64,000 bases of DNA from Chiloscyllium plagiosum (lineage: Eukaryota), in contig NC_057719.1 of NCBI RefSeq assembly GCF_004010195.1, forward strand, positions 77,853,929 through 77,917,928. The letters run 5' to 3'. The translations under genes and the position numbers were made by a program. Shown in pieces: positions 1 to 12,972 of this stretch. The first letter of the stretch is position 1, and every line of letters starts with the position of its first letter. The notes beneath the pieces are model-generated. The model was not told the DNA's origin, ran no database searches, and worked only from the letters and a program-made list of their open reading frames with translations.

Positions 1-155
1 CTTTCTCCCCACCCCAAACCTCCTCTAGCTTATCTCTCCACGCTCTAGGCTCACTGCCTTTATTCCTGATGAAGGGCTTTTGCCAGAAACGTTGATTTCG
101 AAGCTCCTTGGATGCTGCCTGAACTGCTGTGCTCTTCCAGCACCACTAATCCAGA
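1..155 (+). mobile_element. PLE family A 3' end fragment (cut by window edge)
   Basis: Near-identical to ~61079-61233 and carries a hammerhead motif. Confidence 0.8.
63..96 (+). ncRNA. Hammerhead motif (family A), stem II closing pair mutated
   Basis: uuc-CUGAUGA(66-72)-A-GGGC-uuuu-GCCA-GAAAC-GUU-gau. Confidence 0.65.
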
Positions 156-990
156 ACAATCTACTTCAATCAAGTTGTAAAGGTTCCTGTCTCATACCAT
201 CAAAATTTGCCTTACTCTAATTAAGACTAACTTTTGATCCTTTTCCATTGCTATTTTAAAGCTAATAGAATTATAATCACTGGTCCCACAGTGCCTCACC
301 TTCCCCCCGCCCACTAACACTTCTGTCACTTATTTCCCAAGAGTTACAAGTTTTTCTCCTTTTTCTAATAGGTACATCTACATGTTGACAGACAAAATTT
401 TCTTGAATGCACTCAACAAATTCCTCACCATTGCAGTCCTTAACATTATGGCAGTCCTCGTCTTTTTGGAATGTTAAAATCCCATCCTATTGTAAGTCTA
501 TTATTTTTACATATATCTGAATGCCTCTCTACACATTTGTTCCTCAATTTGCCACTGACTGTTGGGGGGACTATAGTACAAACCTCTCAAAGTGGTCATT
601 CCCTGAGTTCCACCTAGATAGTTTAACTGGACAATCCCTCAGAAATGTCCTCTCTAAGTACAGACAGTAATGCTTTCCTTAATCAACAAGCTCATTTCTT
701 GCCTCTCTTTCTATCCTTCATAAGGCATCTAAACCCCACAACATTGAGCTGCCCATCCTGTCCCTCCCTCTGCTATGTTTCTGTAATAGCTATGATGTCC
801 CAGTCCCATTTTACCATATATGCTCTGAATTCATCTGTCTTACCTGTAAGACCCTTTGCACTGAAATAAATGTAGTTTAATTCTTCAGAGTTACCTTGTT
901 TTCCGACTTGCTCGTGTCTGCCCTTTCTAACTAACTTGCTGTTTTTTGTAAAAGTCAGAAACATCTTCATCTGTCTTTCTATCCTGACCA
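156..990 (-). mobile_element. CR1 LINE fragment (APE endonuclease region)
   Basis: GKTDEFRAYMVKWDWDIIAITET; homologous to the reverse complement of the CR1 at 40205. Confidence 0.8.
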
Positions 991-1799
991 CTACTTAAGA
1001 TCCCTCCCCATTACTTTAAAGGCAAAAAACAACAGATGCCATTTGGAATAATCCAAGATCAATCCCTTCATCTTGCATTTGTGATCAATGAGTCTTAGAA
1101 TTCACAGGATTTAACCTGTGAATTACCTATTAGTTTAGTATAGAAGGTTAACAATTGTCTCTTACTATTGAAGTTACAAGCAGGGTGAGTGCACTCATTA
1201 GTGCAGCCAACTATGTAATTCACTGCAGTAGAATTACGTATATCATTGACATTATTGCTATGATTAAGAGCAAACTATTGGTCAAGATAGCTACAAAGTG
1301 ATTCTGATTCCTCTCCAGGCATGTAAATAGGAAGTTATAATCTGTGTTGCTGAGTTCTCATTCTGGATAATTCATAAAAGCAAATTTTATTTCACTTTCT
1401 ACTTGTAGTTAGCATTGTTACAACTGGGGTTAGAGGAGTGCACAGTTACTGCCATTATGCTCATCTATATCAGATTTAAGCAACAAGATGCATCAACCTG
1501 GATTCTTAATAAATACAATTATTGACTGATTAATAAAACAAGCATTAAAAAAGCAAAAATGTAATGTCAATAATATGCAAGTACAAATGTTTATTGCTGT
1601 AATAATCCCCAAAATGTTTACACAAATGCATGCACACACTCTTCAGCAAAAGAGAGAAGATAAATTGAATTTCTCTGAATAGATTGGCTGAAGTGCTTTT
1701 CTTACTGAGAAAACCAGTGGATTATTCTTGAAGACAAACTATAAAGGATCGATTGTTCTGGAGTCTGTTGTTCTGATATTCTAATTTGAGCTTATCCAA

Positions 1800-2250
1800 A
1801 ACTCTGCCCATATCGATTTCTGGACTCTATCAGATTCCATTTGCTGATCCACCTCTGTGCTCACAAGCTACATTGTTTCTTTTTCCAGCAGTTCTTCAAT
1901 TTTTATCCTGGAGTTCAGATCCCCCTATTGCCTTTCTATCTCATCTCTTTATCTCCCATCTCTCCTCTATTACATCAGCCGTGTGAAAATTCTGATCCTC
2001 CTAAGTTGGTCTTTTGTGGAAACCTGATTTCTATCTCTTCCCCAGTGGCACCTATGACTTCTGCTACAAAGGCCCAAAGCTCTTGAATTTCTCCCTAAAT
2101 TTATCATGTTCTTTCATCCCCATTAGGATGCTCGCTCTTCGGCCAAGAATTTTGTCATTGTCTTTTATTATATCATGATGTTCATGTAAAGTATCTTGGA
2201 ATGTTTTACACTGTTAACAACATTGTATAAATGCAGGTTGTTATTGTGAT
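1800..2250 (+). mobile_element. Old L2-like LINE 3' remnant
   Basis: The 3' tail gtaaagtatcttggaatgttttac...tataaatgcaggttgtt resembles L2/Deu-SINE tails; heavily decayed. Confidence 0.4.
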
Positions 2251-2744
2251 GGTTGTGCTTGGTATATTGTGGGAGAACTCTATCATGAGAGTTTCTTTGA
2301 GAGGAGAGAATTATTTATCTTTAAATCAGAGTGAGTATTTAGGATTCTTTGAGAAAATATTTCCATATATTAGGGAGGCATTTTAAAGTAAATCTTTCAA
2401 AGTGCTTTAGGTTATTATCAGAGTTGATTCGTGGTGTGTGGAGTTATTTGCAAGTGATTGGTGTTAGGCCAGAAGTGGGCTCGGTGTCTTGGCTGACAGA
2501 GCAAGGGATCTTAACACCAAGTAAAAAAAAAATCATAACTTAACTGTAATTCATCCAGAAAATGTGCATGTCCCAGCAACTGAATTACAATTAAAGATTG
2601 CCCAGCATAGAAAGTAATAGAATGATCTGTACCTGCGCATTAGATTGATGTTAATCTTAATTTCAGTAATAATTCAAACAAATTGCTATGGTTTTTTGTG
2701 ACTCTCGTGATTGAGAGGCAGTAGCATGAGGACATTTACCTATC

Positions 2745-3081
2745 CACAAGGGATGAACTCGGGTTTCTCCAGTTTCCTCATTTTCCCCTCCCTGCTTTCC
2801 CCCCCCCCACCTTGTCTCAGTCCCAACCCTCGAACTCAGCACCACCTTCCTAATCTTCTTCCTGACCTCTCCGCCCCCACCCCCACTCCGGCCTATCACC
2901 CTCACCTTAACCTCCTTCCACCTATCGCATTTCCAACACCCGTCCTCCCTACCTTTTATCTTAGCCTGCTTGGCACACTTTCCTCATTCCTGAAGAATGG
3001 CTCGTGCCCGAAACGTCGATTCTCCTGCTCCTTGGATGCAGCTCTGATCTCCGGCATCTGCAGTCCTCACTTTCTCCTAGA
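2745..3081 (+). mobile_element. 5'-truncated PLE family A copy with 13-bp TSD
   Basis: TSD acatttacctatc at 2732-2744 and 3082-3094. It begins with PQGMNSGF (GIY-YIG C-terminal P-x-G-x-N motif), followed by a C-rich UTR and a hammerhead. Confidence 0.8.
2987..3020 (+). ncRNA. Hammerhead motif (family A), stem II closing pair mutated
   Basis: uuc-CUGAAGA(2990-2996)-A-UGGC-ucgu-GCCC-GAAAC-GUC-gau. Confidence 0.65.
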
Positions 3082-3199
3082 ACATTTACCTATCTCCAAT
3101 CATCTTTTATTGGAATGCATATTCATGCCTGTGTTGCCTCTTTTGACTGTTCCAGTGCATGCGTGGCAGGTTTCCAATATTCTACCTTTGGTAAACATT

Positions 3200-3650
3200 A
3201 GGGATCATCCCAAATCGCACATGTCCAGTTTACCTATCATTTCTGTACTTCCTGACTTGCATTGGCTCCCTGTCAAAGTATATTTAATGTTAAGGCAATC
3301 ACCTTTTAGCTTCAAATCCATCAAGCCTTTCTCATCCCTATGTCTGCAAACACTTCTAGCTCGTCAGTTCTGCAAACTACATGTTCATCTTATTCTAGCA
3401 TGCTATCCCTAGTTTTAATTACCTGCCAATTGGTCCTTTCATCTTCAGATGTCTCTATCCCCTTAGCTGTCGCATTCTGTCCCTGAACTTCCCTAGCTCA
3501 CTACTTTACTTTGCTCCTTTCAGGGCTCGTTATCACCTATCTATTTACAGAAGCTTTCAGTCATCTGCACTAATAGTTCCTTAAGTGGTTGTTTGTATTT
3601 TACTCTCTAATATTCCTGTGAAGTTTTTTGGACATTTTATTATAATTATG
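3200..3650 (+). mobile_element. L2 LINE 3' remnant
   Basis: ISVLPDLHWLPVK matches the L2 ORF2 C-terminal LHWLP motif. Confidence 0.5.
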
Positions 3651-3695
3651 ATGTTTATTAAATATAGTTTATTCTTACTTTTTTTGGAAATTGTT

Positions 3696-3987
3696 GAAAA
3701 TCTCACAACTCCAGATTCTAGTCCAACAGGTTTATTTGGAAGTACAAGTATTCGGAGTGCTGCTTCTTCATCAGGCAGATAGTAGCATTCCTTCCTGTAA
3801 TGTTGCAAGAATGTTTTAGTACTTATATTATCCCAGAGGAAAACTGAAGTCATTACTACTAGTTACCTGATGAAGGAGCAATGCTCCGAAAGCTTGTACT
3901 TCCAAATAAACCTGTTGGACTATAACCTGGTGTTGTGATTTTTAACTTTGTCCTCCCCAGTCCAACACCGGCACCTCCAAATCATGC
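3696..3987. mobile_element. Composite PLE family B insertion: inverted pLTR piece + captured host DNA + direct pLTR piece
   Basis: 12-bp TSD ttggaaattgtt at 3684-3695 and 3988-3999. Both arms match the pLTRs of the 44-48 kb element. Confidence 0.85.
3864..3898 (+). ncRNA. Minimal type I hammerhead ribozyme motif (PLE family B), core intact
   Basis: uac-CUGAUGA(3867-3873)-A-GGAGC-aau-GCUCC-GAAA-GC-UU-gua, with stem I uac/gua, 5-bp stem II and palindromic AGCU stem III. Confidence 0.8.
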
Positions 3988-5761
3988 TTGGAAATTGTTA
4001 TAGAATATATGATCTTTTCTTCTCTTCCAAGCACCTTGCTTCCACCCAATTCCTCAATTTTTAAAGCTCTTCTGATTACACCAAGTTTTACATTGAGATT
4101 GATATATAGGCCCATGGCCCCTGAATAAAGCCTCTTCCCCTCTCAGCCATAGAGCATTACCTGAGAGAGTTCTTGCTCAGCATCCTCCTTTTAGTAATAG
4201 CTTCTGAACAAATATCAAAAATCGAAGTTCTAAATATTTGAAAAACAAGATTTCCTCCATTTCCATAGGGTTAGAGGCCACTTGTGTCCCAAATGTCACC
4301 CAGGGTTGACATTTGTCAACTGACTACACAGAGGACTTCAAATTTTGCGTTTTCCTATTTAAATTCGCTCAGTTCCATACTGAGGCAAGTGCATCCGCCA
4401 ACTTATTCTTGAGGGGAATAAAACAGTGTATATGTAGAACACGTGGTCTGATTCTCTTTCTTTCATTGGCAAAATGTTATTCATTCAAGTCTGTTTTAAT
4501 ACTTCCATATTATGGAATAGAGCAGAATATGTCAAAAAGCCATAGGGAGCAATAGCATCCCTTCCTTCCTGTAATGCTGCAAGAATGTTTTAGTGCTTAT
4601 ATTATTATCCCAGAGGAAAATTGAAGTCATTATTTTGAAATGCCGCCATGCGAGAGAGTGGAAGCTGTAATTATGTTTCACATTCAATTTAGTCAGCATC
4701 CTGTGTTATTCACAAAGATGAAAGAGCGGAAACACCAAGCTTACTCGATTCGTGGTTGGAACAACAAACGTGAATCTGGAAACTACAGCTTGCATTGTAG
4801 AGGGTAGCTAGATGCTCTGATATGACAGTGTTGCTGGATATGTAAAATATGAGCATTTAATTCTGATCAGATGCTGTGCATTTACATAAAATTATAATTT
4901 ATTGTACAGTTAGGATGTTTATTCTAAATATTAATTGGTGGTACAGTGCTACTTGTGTGGATCCCACAAATCAACATCTCAACTCTGACAAGCACACAGT
5001 AAAGTCCCAAACCATTTTCTTCTTGCCTTCACAATTTGCATCTTGCTATCTCAACTTCAATATCTAGATAAATTTGATAAGTTGACAAGCAATCTTTGAA
5101 CACACCGCAATGTCTATTGTTTGAAACAATCTGCATATTTTAACACATATTCTTCAACATTTTTTTTGACCAACACTGATCCTATTTAGAATGATGCACA
5201 TACAGCAGTTTAAGGAAGTTAGTGTAAAAGGCCCTCATTAGTGAGCCTTTCAAGAGGGATTAGATGTTCAAGGCTATTGAAAGCTTGTCCCGTACCAGTT
5301 AGTTTTGGAAGCAGGTGTTTGTTATTGCTATCATGAAGATCATGGCTAGCTGTGATGAAAAAAACAAACTTAACTTTTAAGAACTCAAAACCAAGACAAG
5401 GCATTGAAGGTATTCAACGAAGGAAGAAGACACAAACAAATTCAACCCAAATTCAGTGTCAAACAATTGCGCTGTGGTTAGATAAAGAATGCTGAAAAAA
5501 TTAAAGAATGAAATTGCAGAATAGAATACACTGACCAAAAGATGAGAAGTGTAAAAAAAAAATCAGGAATTGGAAAATGCGCTTGGTATAATGATATAGT
5601 TGAGGCTGACCCAACCATAGCATTAAGAAAAGATGATTTTTGTGGAGAAAGCTAAAAGGTTTGGAAAGAAAATAGATGTTGACAAATTTTGTCCCAACAA
5701 CAGTTGGGTTTTACAGTTTAATTGGCAACATAATCTCATCTACAAGCATTGAATAAAACAA

Positions 5762-5940
5762 AAAAAACTACAGATGCTGATAACCTAACAGGAACAGAAA
5801 ACGCAAGAGAAACTCAACAGATCTGACAGAATCTGTAGATAGAAAGCAGAGTTGATCTTTGATGGGTCACTGGACTTGAAACATTAACTCTGCTTTCCGT
5901 CCACAGATGCTGTCAAGCCTGTTGAGTTTCTCCAGCAAGC
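5762..5940. mobile_element. Old PLE-derived inverted (fold-back) fragment, family C
   Basis: gagaaactcaacag...agaaagcagagtt is inverted relative to aactctgctttc...ctgttgagtttctc; remnant GAAAC hammerhead half. Confidence 0.55.
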
Positions 5941-6499
5941 AGAAAGTTCATCTACAAGCACTTCAAATCTGGTTTACGCATATTCAAGAATATAATCTCA
6001 AAGATATCTTTAATACAGACAAAACTGCCCTCTTTTACAAATGCGCAGTAGATAAAACTTACCAGCAGAGCTGAAGTTACCAGTAAGCAACTAAAAGTTA
6101 GGTGTCGCTTGTTGCCGCGAATTTGTTGGGAACTGAAAACAAGCATGGTTTGTTATTCATCCAGACTTCAAAACACCAAGTTGCTAAACCATGGCAAACA
6201 TTTGCCAGTCAACTACAAAGCAAACCAAAAGACCGAGATGACCTGAATGGTTTCTATTTCACGTGTTCATCGGAAACATAAGATGCGAGATATGTAATAG
6301 CTTATCCAATCCAATTACTTAAAACCATTCTTTTTTCCTTTCCCCCCCAACTCCCCCAATTCAACTATTCAGAAAATTAAGCAAGGTGTATTTCAAAAGT
6401 TGAAATGCTCTTCACCACAAAACACTTGCCTATAAGAAAGCAGTCCTCCTGAAATTGGATGAAAATTCAGTGTAAATTTGCTTCAAGCAATGAGATCTT

Positions 6500-8205
6500 A
6501 GGTATTGGAGCAGAATTAAGCTATTTTGTACATCAAGCCTGCTGTTATATTTCTCAATCCCGTTATCTTGCCTTCTGTCTATAACCTTTGATTCCCTTTC
6601 TAATCTCTGTCTTAAATGCATTTAGTGACTTGGCCTCCACAGCCTTCTAAAGCAATGAGTTCCTCGGCACCCTCAAGTTTAATACATTCCTTCTCATTTC
6701 AGTTCTGAAAGGTTGTCCCTTTGCTGTGAGGTTGTGCCCTCGGTCTGGTCTCTCCTACCACCAGAAACAACATCTCCATGTGCATTCTATCCAGGTGTCT
6801 CAGTAATCTGTAATTTTCAATGTGATTTCCCCTATCCTCCTAAACTCCATCGATTAAGACCCAGAGTCCTCAACCACTTCGTGTATGACAAGCCTTTCAC
6901 CCTGGAATCCTTGTTGTAAACCACCTCTAGTCTGCCATCAACATCAGCATATCCTCCCTTGGATACAGGGCATAAACATTGCTCTCAATATTCCAAATAT
7001 GGTCTGACTAGACCTTTATACAGACTCAGCAGTATGCTCTTGTATTCTAGCCCTTTTGAAATGAAAGCTGACATTGCATTTAACTTCCCAACTGCCAAAT
7101 GAAACTGCATGTTGACCTTGAGAATCACAAATGAGCACTCCCAAGTTGCTTTGTACTTCAGTTTTCTGAAGTGTTTCCCCATTTAGAAAATGGTCTATGC
7201 CTCTATTCCTCCTATAAAAGAGCATAACCTCGCACTGAATGCCATCAGCCACTTCTTTGCCCATTTTGTTAGCCTGTCCAAGTCCTTCTACAGCCTCTCT
7301 GCTTCTTCAACGTGACCTGTCACTTCGCCTATCTTTGTGTCATCTGCAAACTTGGCAACAATGGCCTCAATTTCATCTGGATTATTAATGTATGAGGTGA
7401 ATACCTGTGATCCTAATTCTGACCCTTGTGGAACTCCATTCGTCACTGCTGCCATCCTGAAAAGACTCCCTTTTCCCCACTCTACTTTTTGCCAGTCAGC
7501 CAATCCTCTATTCATGTTAGTACCTTGTCCTTTAACATCATTGTTGTTATTTAGCAGTCTTCTGGAAATCCAAATAGATCATGCCCACTAGCTATCCCTT
7601 ATCTAACTTGCCTGTTACCTTTTCAAAGAATTCTAATACATTTGTCAGGCATGTCTTCTATTTTGATGCAACCGTGCTGACACAGCCATATTTTACCATG
7701 CACTTCCAAGTAATCTGCAATCTCATCTTTAATAATGGACTCTAAATCTTACCAAGGCCAGAGGTTAGACTAATCAGCCTATAATTTCTTGTGTTCAGCC
7801 TGCCTCTCTCCTTTAAAAAGGGGTGTTACATTAACTATCTTCCCATGCTGGACACTCCCTGATTCAGTGATTCCTGAAGATCACCACCAATGCCTCCACA
7901 ACCTCCTCAGTTATTTCCTTCAGAGCGCTGAGGTGTGGTCTATTCAGTCCAGGTGATTTATCCACTTTCAGACCTTTCAGCTTCCACAGCACCTTCTCCT
8001 TAGTGATAGCTATTACTTTCCCTTCTGCCCCAACTTCTGCTCTTGGTGTCTTCCACTGTAAAAACTGATGCAAAGAACCTATTCACTTTCTTTGCCATTT
8101 TTTTGATCCCTATTACTATTTCTCCAGTCTAAATTTTCCAGCTGTCCAATGTCCACTCTTGACTCTCTTACCTTTTAGATATCAGCGGAAAAAAAACTCT
8201 TGCAA
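6500..8205 (-). mobile_element. CR1 LINE (RT to 3' end), degraded
   Basis: GVPQGSELG, AKFADDTKIG, LYKGLVRPYLEY, LKVDKSPG. Confidence 0.85.
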
Positions 8206-8544
8206 TTTTTAATGAACATCTGAAGAAAGTCTGAGGTATGCATAGAGCAGGAAAGAATACAAAATTGCTTCAGAAGTGCAATTTTGTTTGAAGCTAATGA
8301 TGATGCTGAACCTTGTTGCATCAATTGATGACAATTTCATTGTGGAAGCAGTTACAAATACAACAGCTTCTGACGAGAAAGCTAAGGAAGATAATGTGCG
8401 CACAAAAGCTGAATGTCTACACATTACTAGTGCTGATACTTTCAATATATTAAATTTATTTGGAGACTATCTTCAGCAAACCATAATTACAAATGAAGAA
8501 GCATTTGTAAGGAAAGCATTATAGGAAATTTTGGCTCCCTCTTA

Positions 8545-9003
8545 TAGGATGTTGCCAAGGTTGGAGGATTTGAGCTACAGGGAGAGGCTGAATAGGCTGG
8601 GGCTGTTTTCCCTGGAGCACCAGATATCAAGGGGGATGACTTTATAGAGGTTTATAAAATCATGAGGGAAATGGATAGAGTGAACATCCAAGGTCTTTTC
8701 CCTGGGGTGGGGGAGTCAAGAGGGCATAGCTTTAGGATGAGAGGGGGAAAATATATAAGGGATCTAAGGGGCAACATTTTCACACAGAGGGTGGTGCATG
8801 AATGGAATGAGCTGCCAGAGGAAGTGGTGGAGGCTGGTACAATTGCAACATTTAAAAGGCATCGGGTGCATGTATGAATCAGAAAGGTTTAGAGGAATAT
8901 GGGCCAAGTGCTGGCAAATTGGACTAGATTAGTTTAGGATATCTGGTTGGCATGGAGAGTTGGACCGAAGGGTCTATTTCTGTGTTGTATATCTCTGTGA
9001 CTC
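8545..9003 (+). mobile_element. CR1 3' end
   Basis: RGHSFRMRGGKYIRDLRGNIFTQRVVHEWNELPEEVVEAGTIATFKR plus the CR1 3' UTR. Confidence 0.85.
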
Positions 9004-10496
9004 AATTACAAGCTTTTCCTATACTATAGAAAGAAACCATTGTGAAGAATGAAGCAACTGTCACTTTAAAAAAAACTCTCCTCAAATCCAACTATCAATG
9101 ATTAATCTTGTTTCACTAATACTGTATTCTATAATTATATTTTGCTTTTAAAATGTTAGTTGTGTTGTCTTTGATGGTGAGAGTGGAATGACTGGTCTTG
9201 GTGGAATAGTTCTACAAATACAAGCAAGAGTTTTGTAATTCTCAGCCTTTATACAAAAAAAAGGAAGAAAAATCAGTAATACAACCTATTGCCACTCAAG
9301 TTTTGTAAATATGTGGTTCGTTGCCACCTTGGATCAATGACAACTTGTAAAGTTAATAAAGATCACTTGGGCCTATGCCAACATATACATGTGACACTTG
9401 TATCATTGACTGGACGTAGATCTAGATTGAATACTTTGCAAAGCAAAAGACATTAGCTCCAAATGCAGTAGTCTTGTATTTGGAAAGAACAAGCTTGCTT
9501 GGATAGATATACAGAGTCAGCAATAGAGAGAGCTGTAATTACCTCTCTTTTTCAGTAGCCCCCCTCATGTTTGAGCAGGAAGGCCTCTTCACTGCAAATG
9601 AAGTAGTTGTAAGCAAGAAGTATGAATCAATGCCATTCTGTCCAGGAAAAGCATTCAACCAGCCAAAACTGATCGAGGAAGCAACTCTCAGTGCCAACAG
9701 TTTGTGTGGGAAGGGACTTCATCCGCAGACCAGCATTTGGATTATCTGAGAGTGTTTATTTTCTAAACTTAACTTGTTTGGCCAAAGTATTTTGAAGCTG
9801 ACAATCTGCAGTTATATTATTTTCGGTTTTGTGTCTGTCTTATTTTTGAAGGACAATTGGATATATTTGTACATTTTAAAACTATTGTTATAATCTTTGC
9901 ATTGTTTGCTAAGCATATTACTATTCCATATTTATTATTATATTTTACTATGTATTTAACCATATTCTCCTTCTCTAACTTGGTTCTATGCAAGTTTATA
10001 CATGAAAATCATAAAAGCAGAAACTTGTTGCATCTTTCTTTTCTGCACAAATTTTTAAATGGCAATTTTGATATCTAAGATAAATTTATTTTGCTGTAGC
10101 AGATGCACCATGGCATCCTTACATCAATACCAGGAACTGCGTGTATGAGGGCATATCATCTGATCATTTGTTATAATGTTGGATTAAAGCAAGTATTTTG
10201 TTGTATAGTTTGAAGAATGCCTAAACAAGTATGTCAGACTCCTTTAAGGAAATAGAATCAAGCCACATTGTTTGCATGTATTTATAGAGAACACTGTACA
10301 ATGAATCATTCACTGAAAATCATTTTATAATATCCTTATCAGAGCATCAACCAGCTGTTAAGTTACTTTAAATTTCACTGTGCATGTCCTTTTTTTATAT
10401 ATAACAAGGCTTTCTAGAAATCACAGCACTTCTAATAACTGATTGCTTTGCTGAAGACTTAACATGGGCTATTTTGAACAGTGACTGGTTTGGAGT

Positions 10497-10766
10497 GCTG
10501 CTTGAAAATGTGTTGCTTGAAGAAGGCATGAGCCCTTCTTCAGGAATGAGGCCACTGAAATCCTTGTAGAGGGAGGAAGAGAGCTTCTTCAAGGAAGGCA
10601 TCCTTATAAGAGGATTCACAGTAGGTTAAAATCTTCTAGAAGAAAGTGAGGACTCATGCCTGAAACGTCGATTCTCCTGCTCCTTGGATGCTGCCTGACC
10701 TGCAGCGCTTTTCCAGCAACACATTTTCAGCTCTGATCTCCAGCATCTGCAGTCCTCACTTTCTTC
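10497..10766. mobile_element. Rearranged PLE family A fragment with inverted pieces
   Basis: 16-bp inverted repeat gaagaaagtgaggact (10639-10654) / agtcctcactttcttc (10751-10766). Hammerhead 5' half on the minus strand (~10525-10545) and 3' half on the plus strand (~10653-10669). Confidence 0.65.
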
Positions 10767-12315
10767 CACAAACTGAATTGAGCCATGCCATAAAATAAGT
10801 TTAGTGATTACAAAACAATCTAAAGGGTTTGAACTAGGTTGATAACCCACTTGAAGTTCATTTGCTTCAGTTTATGGTGTCACTGCTTTAGATTGCTTTG
10901 TTGTTGTTGTTTCCTTTTGTCCCCTAAATGCGAGATATGCACAACAGGAAAGTCAACATACCAAGAAGAATTATAATTCTATCAGAACAGCATGGCATTG
11001 TTTCTGGAAACTGCAACTCAATGTGCACTTGTCTGTCATTTTTTCTTATTAGTTTTATGTATGTTATTGTTTGTGTTTTAAATCAATGAAGTTGATGTTT
11101 CTTTAATGTTAATGTATTTAGCAAACAATCTTGTTCACACCTACACACATTCCTCAGTAATATTTCTTTAACAAGGTCCACTGGACATGTGAATGGGAAA
11201 ATGTCAAAATGCGGGGGTGGATGGAAGTAATTAAACTGTAGTTTTCTTCAGAAACCAAGAGCAAATGTGTCATGGTAATGTGAAGGACTTTGATTAAATA
11301 TTCAATGTTAAAAATCTCATTAGAAAATACTTGGATTTTTTTAGGAAACAATAATTTGTTTTGATGAGGTTTTCTGTAAAATGTGAATATTGCAAATGCA
11401 GAACTCTATTGAAGGAAATTTACATTTAGTATAATTTCTTCTCAAATGTGATTAGAAAGTAATATGGAAGATCCTTAAATGTGTCATGGATATTGCAAAG
11501 GTGTTTTTTTTAAATAAAAAATAATTTCTCTAAATGAATACTGTTAAGTTGGTATATAATATTCTTCCATAAATTTCAAACACACAATGCCTTTTATCTC
11601 CTTGTTTCCACCTTTCCTGCTCCGACTTTTTAACTCTACAGTGTTGTGCTCTGTGGCCATTCTTTATAAGAGTTTAGATCATAAGTAAAGGGTTCACTAT
11701 CTATGGCAAAGATCGCACACTGTTTATCTCTGTCCTCCATTTATAGGCTGTCTCCACATGTTTTTCTATTTATCTATACTTTTCAGCATAAACCTGTTGG
11801 GTTAAATGGCCTGTTCCTGTGGGATATAATTGTGTAATTCTTTATGATTTCCATGTTGCAGAATTGCACTATACAAAACACTTATTGAGTCAGAACACCA
11901 TGTCCTTCGGTCTTGAAAATTGCTTCTCACCTCCAGCTCAAAATTGCATGTACTAATTGCATCTTGAGAGTGGGAGTGATACCCAGTTTCAATTCTCTTG
12001 ACTGCAACAGGGAACAGGTTGAAAAAAAATTAACGAATAGAGTAGGGATAGAGCTATAATGCTAACTGACACCTAGGTTAACTATCACCTCAACAGAAAT
12101 CTTCCATGTTACTGTAACACTGACAGAGCACATACCTTGTGGAAGTGTAATGATCTGCCATCCAGTTACTTGTTTTAGCATTGCACGGGTAGAAACAAGA
12201 TTCCAAGAAACAGGGTAAAGACCATCCATTGGCTATAACACCTGATTGCCAAGAGGGCAGAAATTCTTCCAGTACCCAGGCTGCCTCTTATTTCAGCAAT
12301 TTTGGGGATCAATGT

Positions 12316-12972
12316 CATAGAGTCATCCAGCATAGAAACAGTCTTTTTTAAAATCTTTCTCCTCTCACCTTAAAAATATGCAGCCTAGCCTTGACATTCC
12401 CCACCTGAGAGAAAAGACATCTGCCATTCACCTTTTCTATATGCCTCATGATTTTGTAAACCTCTGTAAGGCCACACCTCAACCTCCTATGCTCTAGCCT
12501 CTCCTTATAACTCAAAGCCTCCATTACCATTTTTTCTGAACCTTCCTAATATCCTTCCTACAACGGTGAAGAAAACTGGGCACAGTACTCCAGAAGAGGC
12601 CTCGCCAATGTCCTGTACAGTCTCAACATCCCAGCTCATACACTCAAAGGTCTGTGCATCGAAGGCAAGTGGGCTAATTGCCACCCTAACCACCCTATCT
12701 ATATGCGATGCAAACTTCAAAGAATTCGGGACCTGAACCCCGAGGTGTCTCTGTTCTACAACACTACCAAGGTCCTACCATTAATTGTATAAGTTCTGTC
12801 CCCTTTTTGTAATACTAAAATGCAATACCTTACAATCACCGAAATTAAATTCCCTCTGCCAGTCATCTGCCCATTGACCCAGTTGATCAAGATCTCTTTG
12901 TAATCTTGGATAACCTTCTTTAGTGTCCACTATGCCACTAATTTTGGTGTGATCTGCAAATTTACTAACCAT
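12316..12972 (-). mobile_element. CR1 3' fragment
   Basis: MVSKFADHTKISG, LQRDLDQLGQWA, EVYKIMR. Confidence 0.85.

Larger units (their letters stand above)
5400..9090 (+). mobile_element. Tigger/pogo (TcMar) transposase fossil, interrupted by PLE and CR1 insertions
   Basis: EKAKRFGKKIDVDKFCPNNSW (CENP-B-type HTH region, ~5645-5710), IQEYNLKDIFNTDKTALFYK (~5982-6041, first D of DDE), LPVNYKANQKTEMT (6202-6243), and an acidic C-terminal piece at 8276-8524. Confidence 0.7.

Noticed and set aside
2711..3412. 233-aa ORF
   Set aside because: Chance fusion across a PLE 3' fragment and an L2 remnant; TTG start and low-complexity Pro/Leu content.
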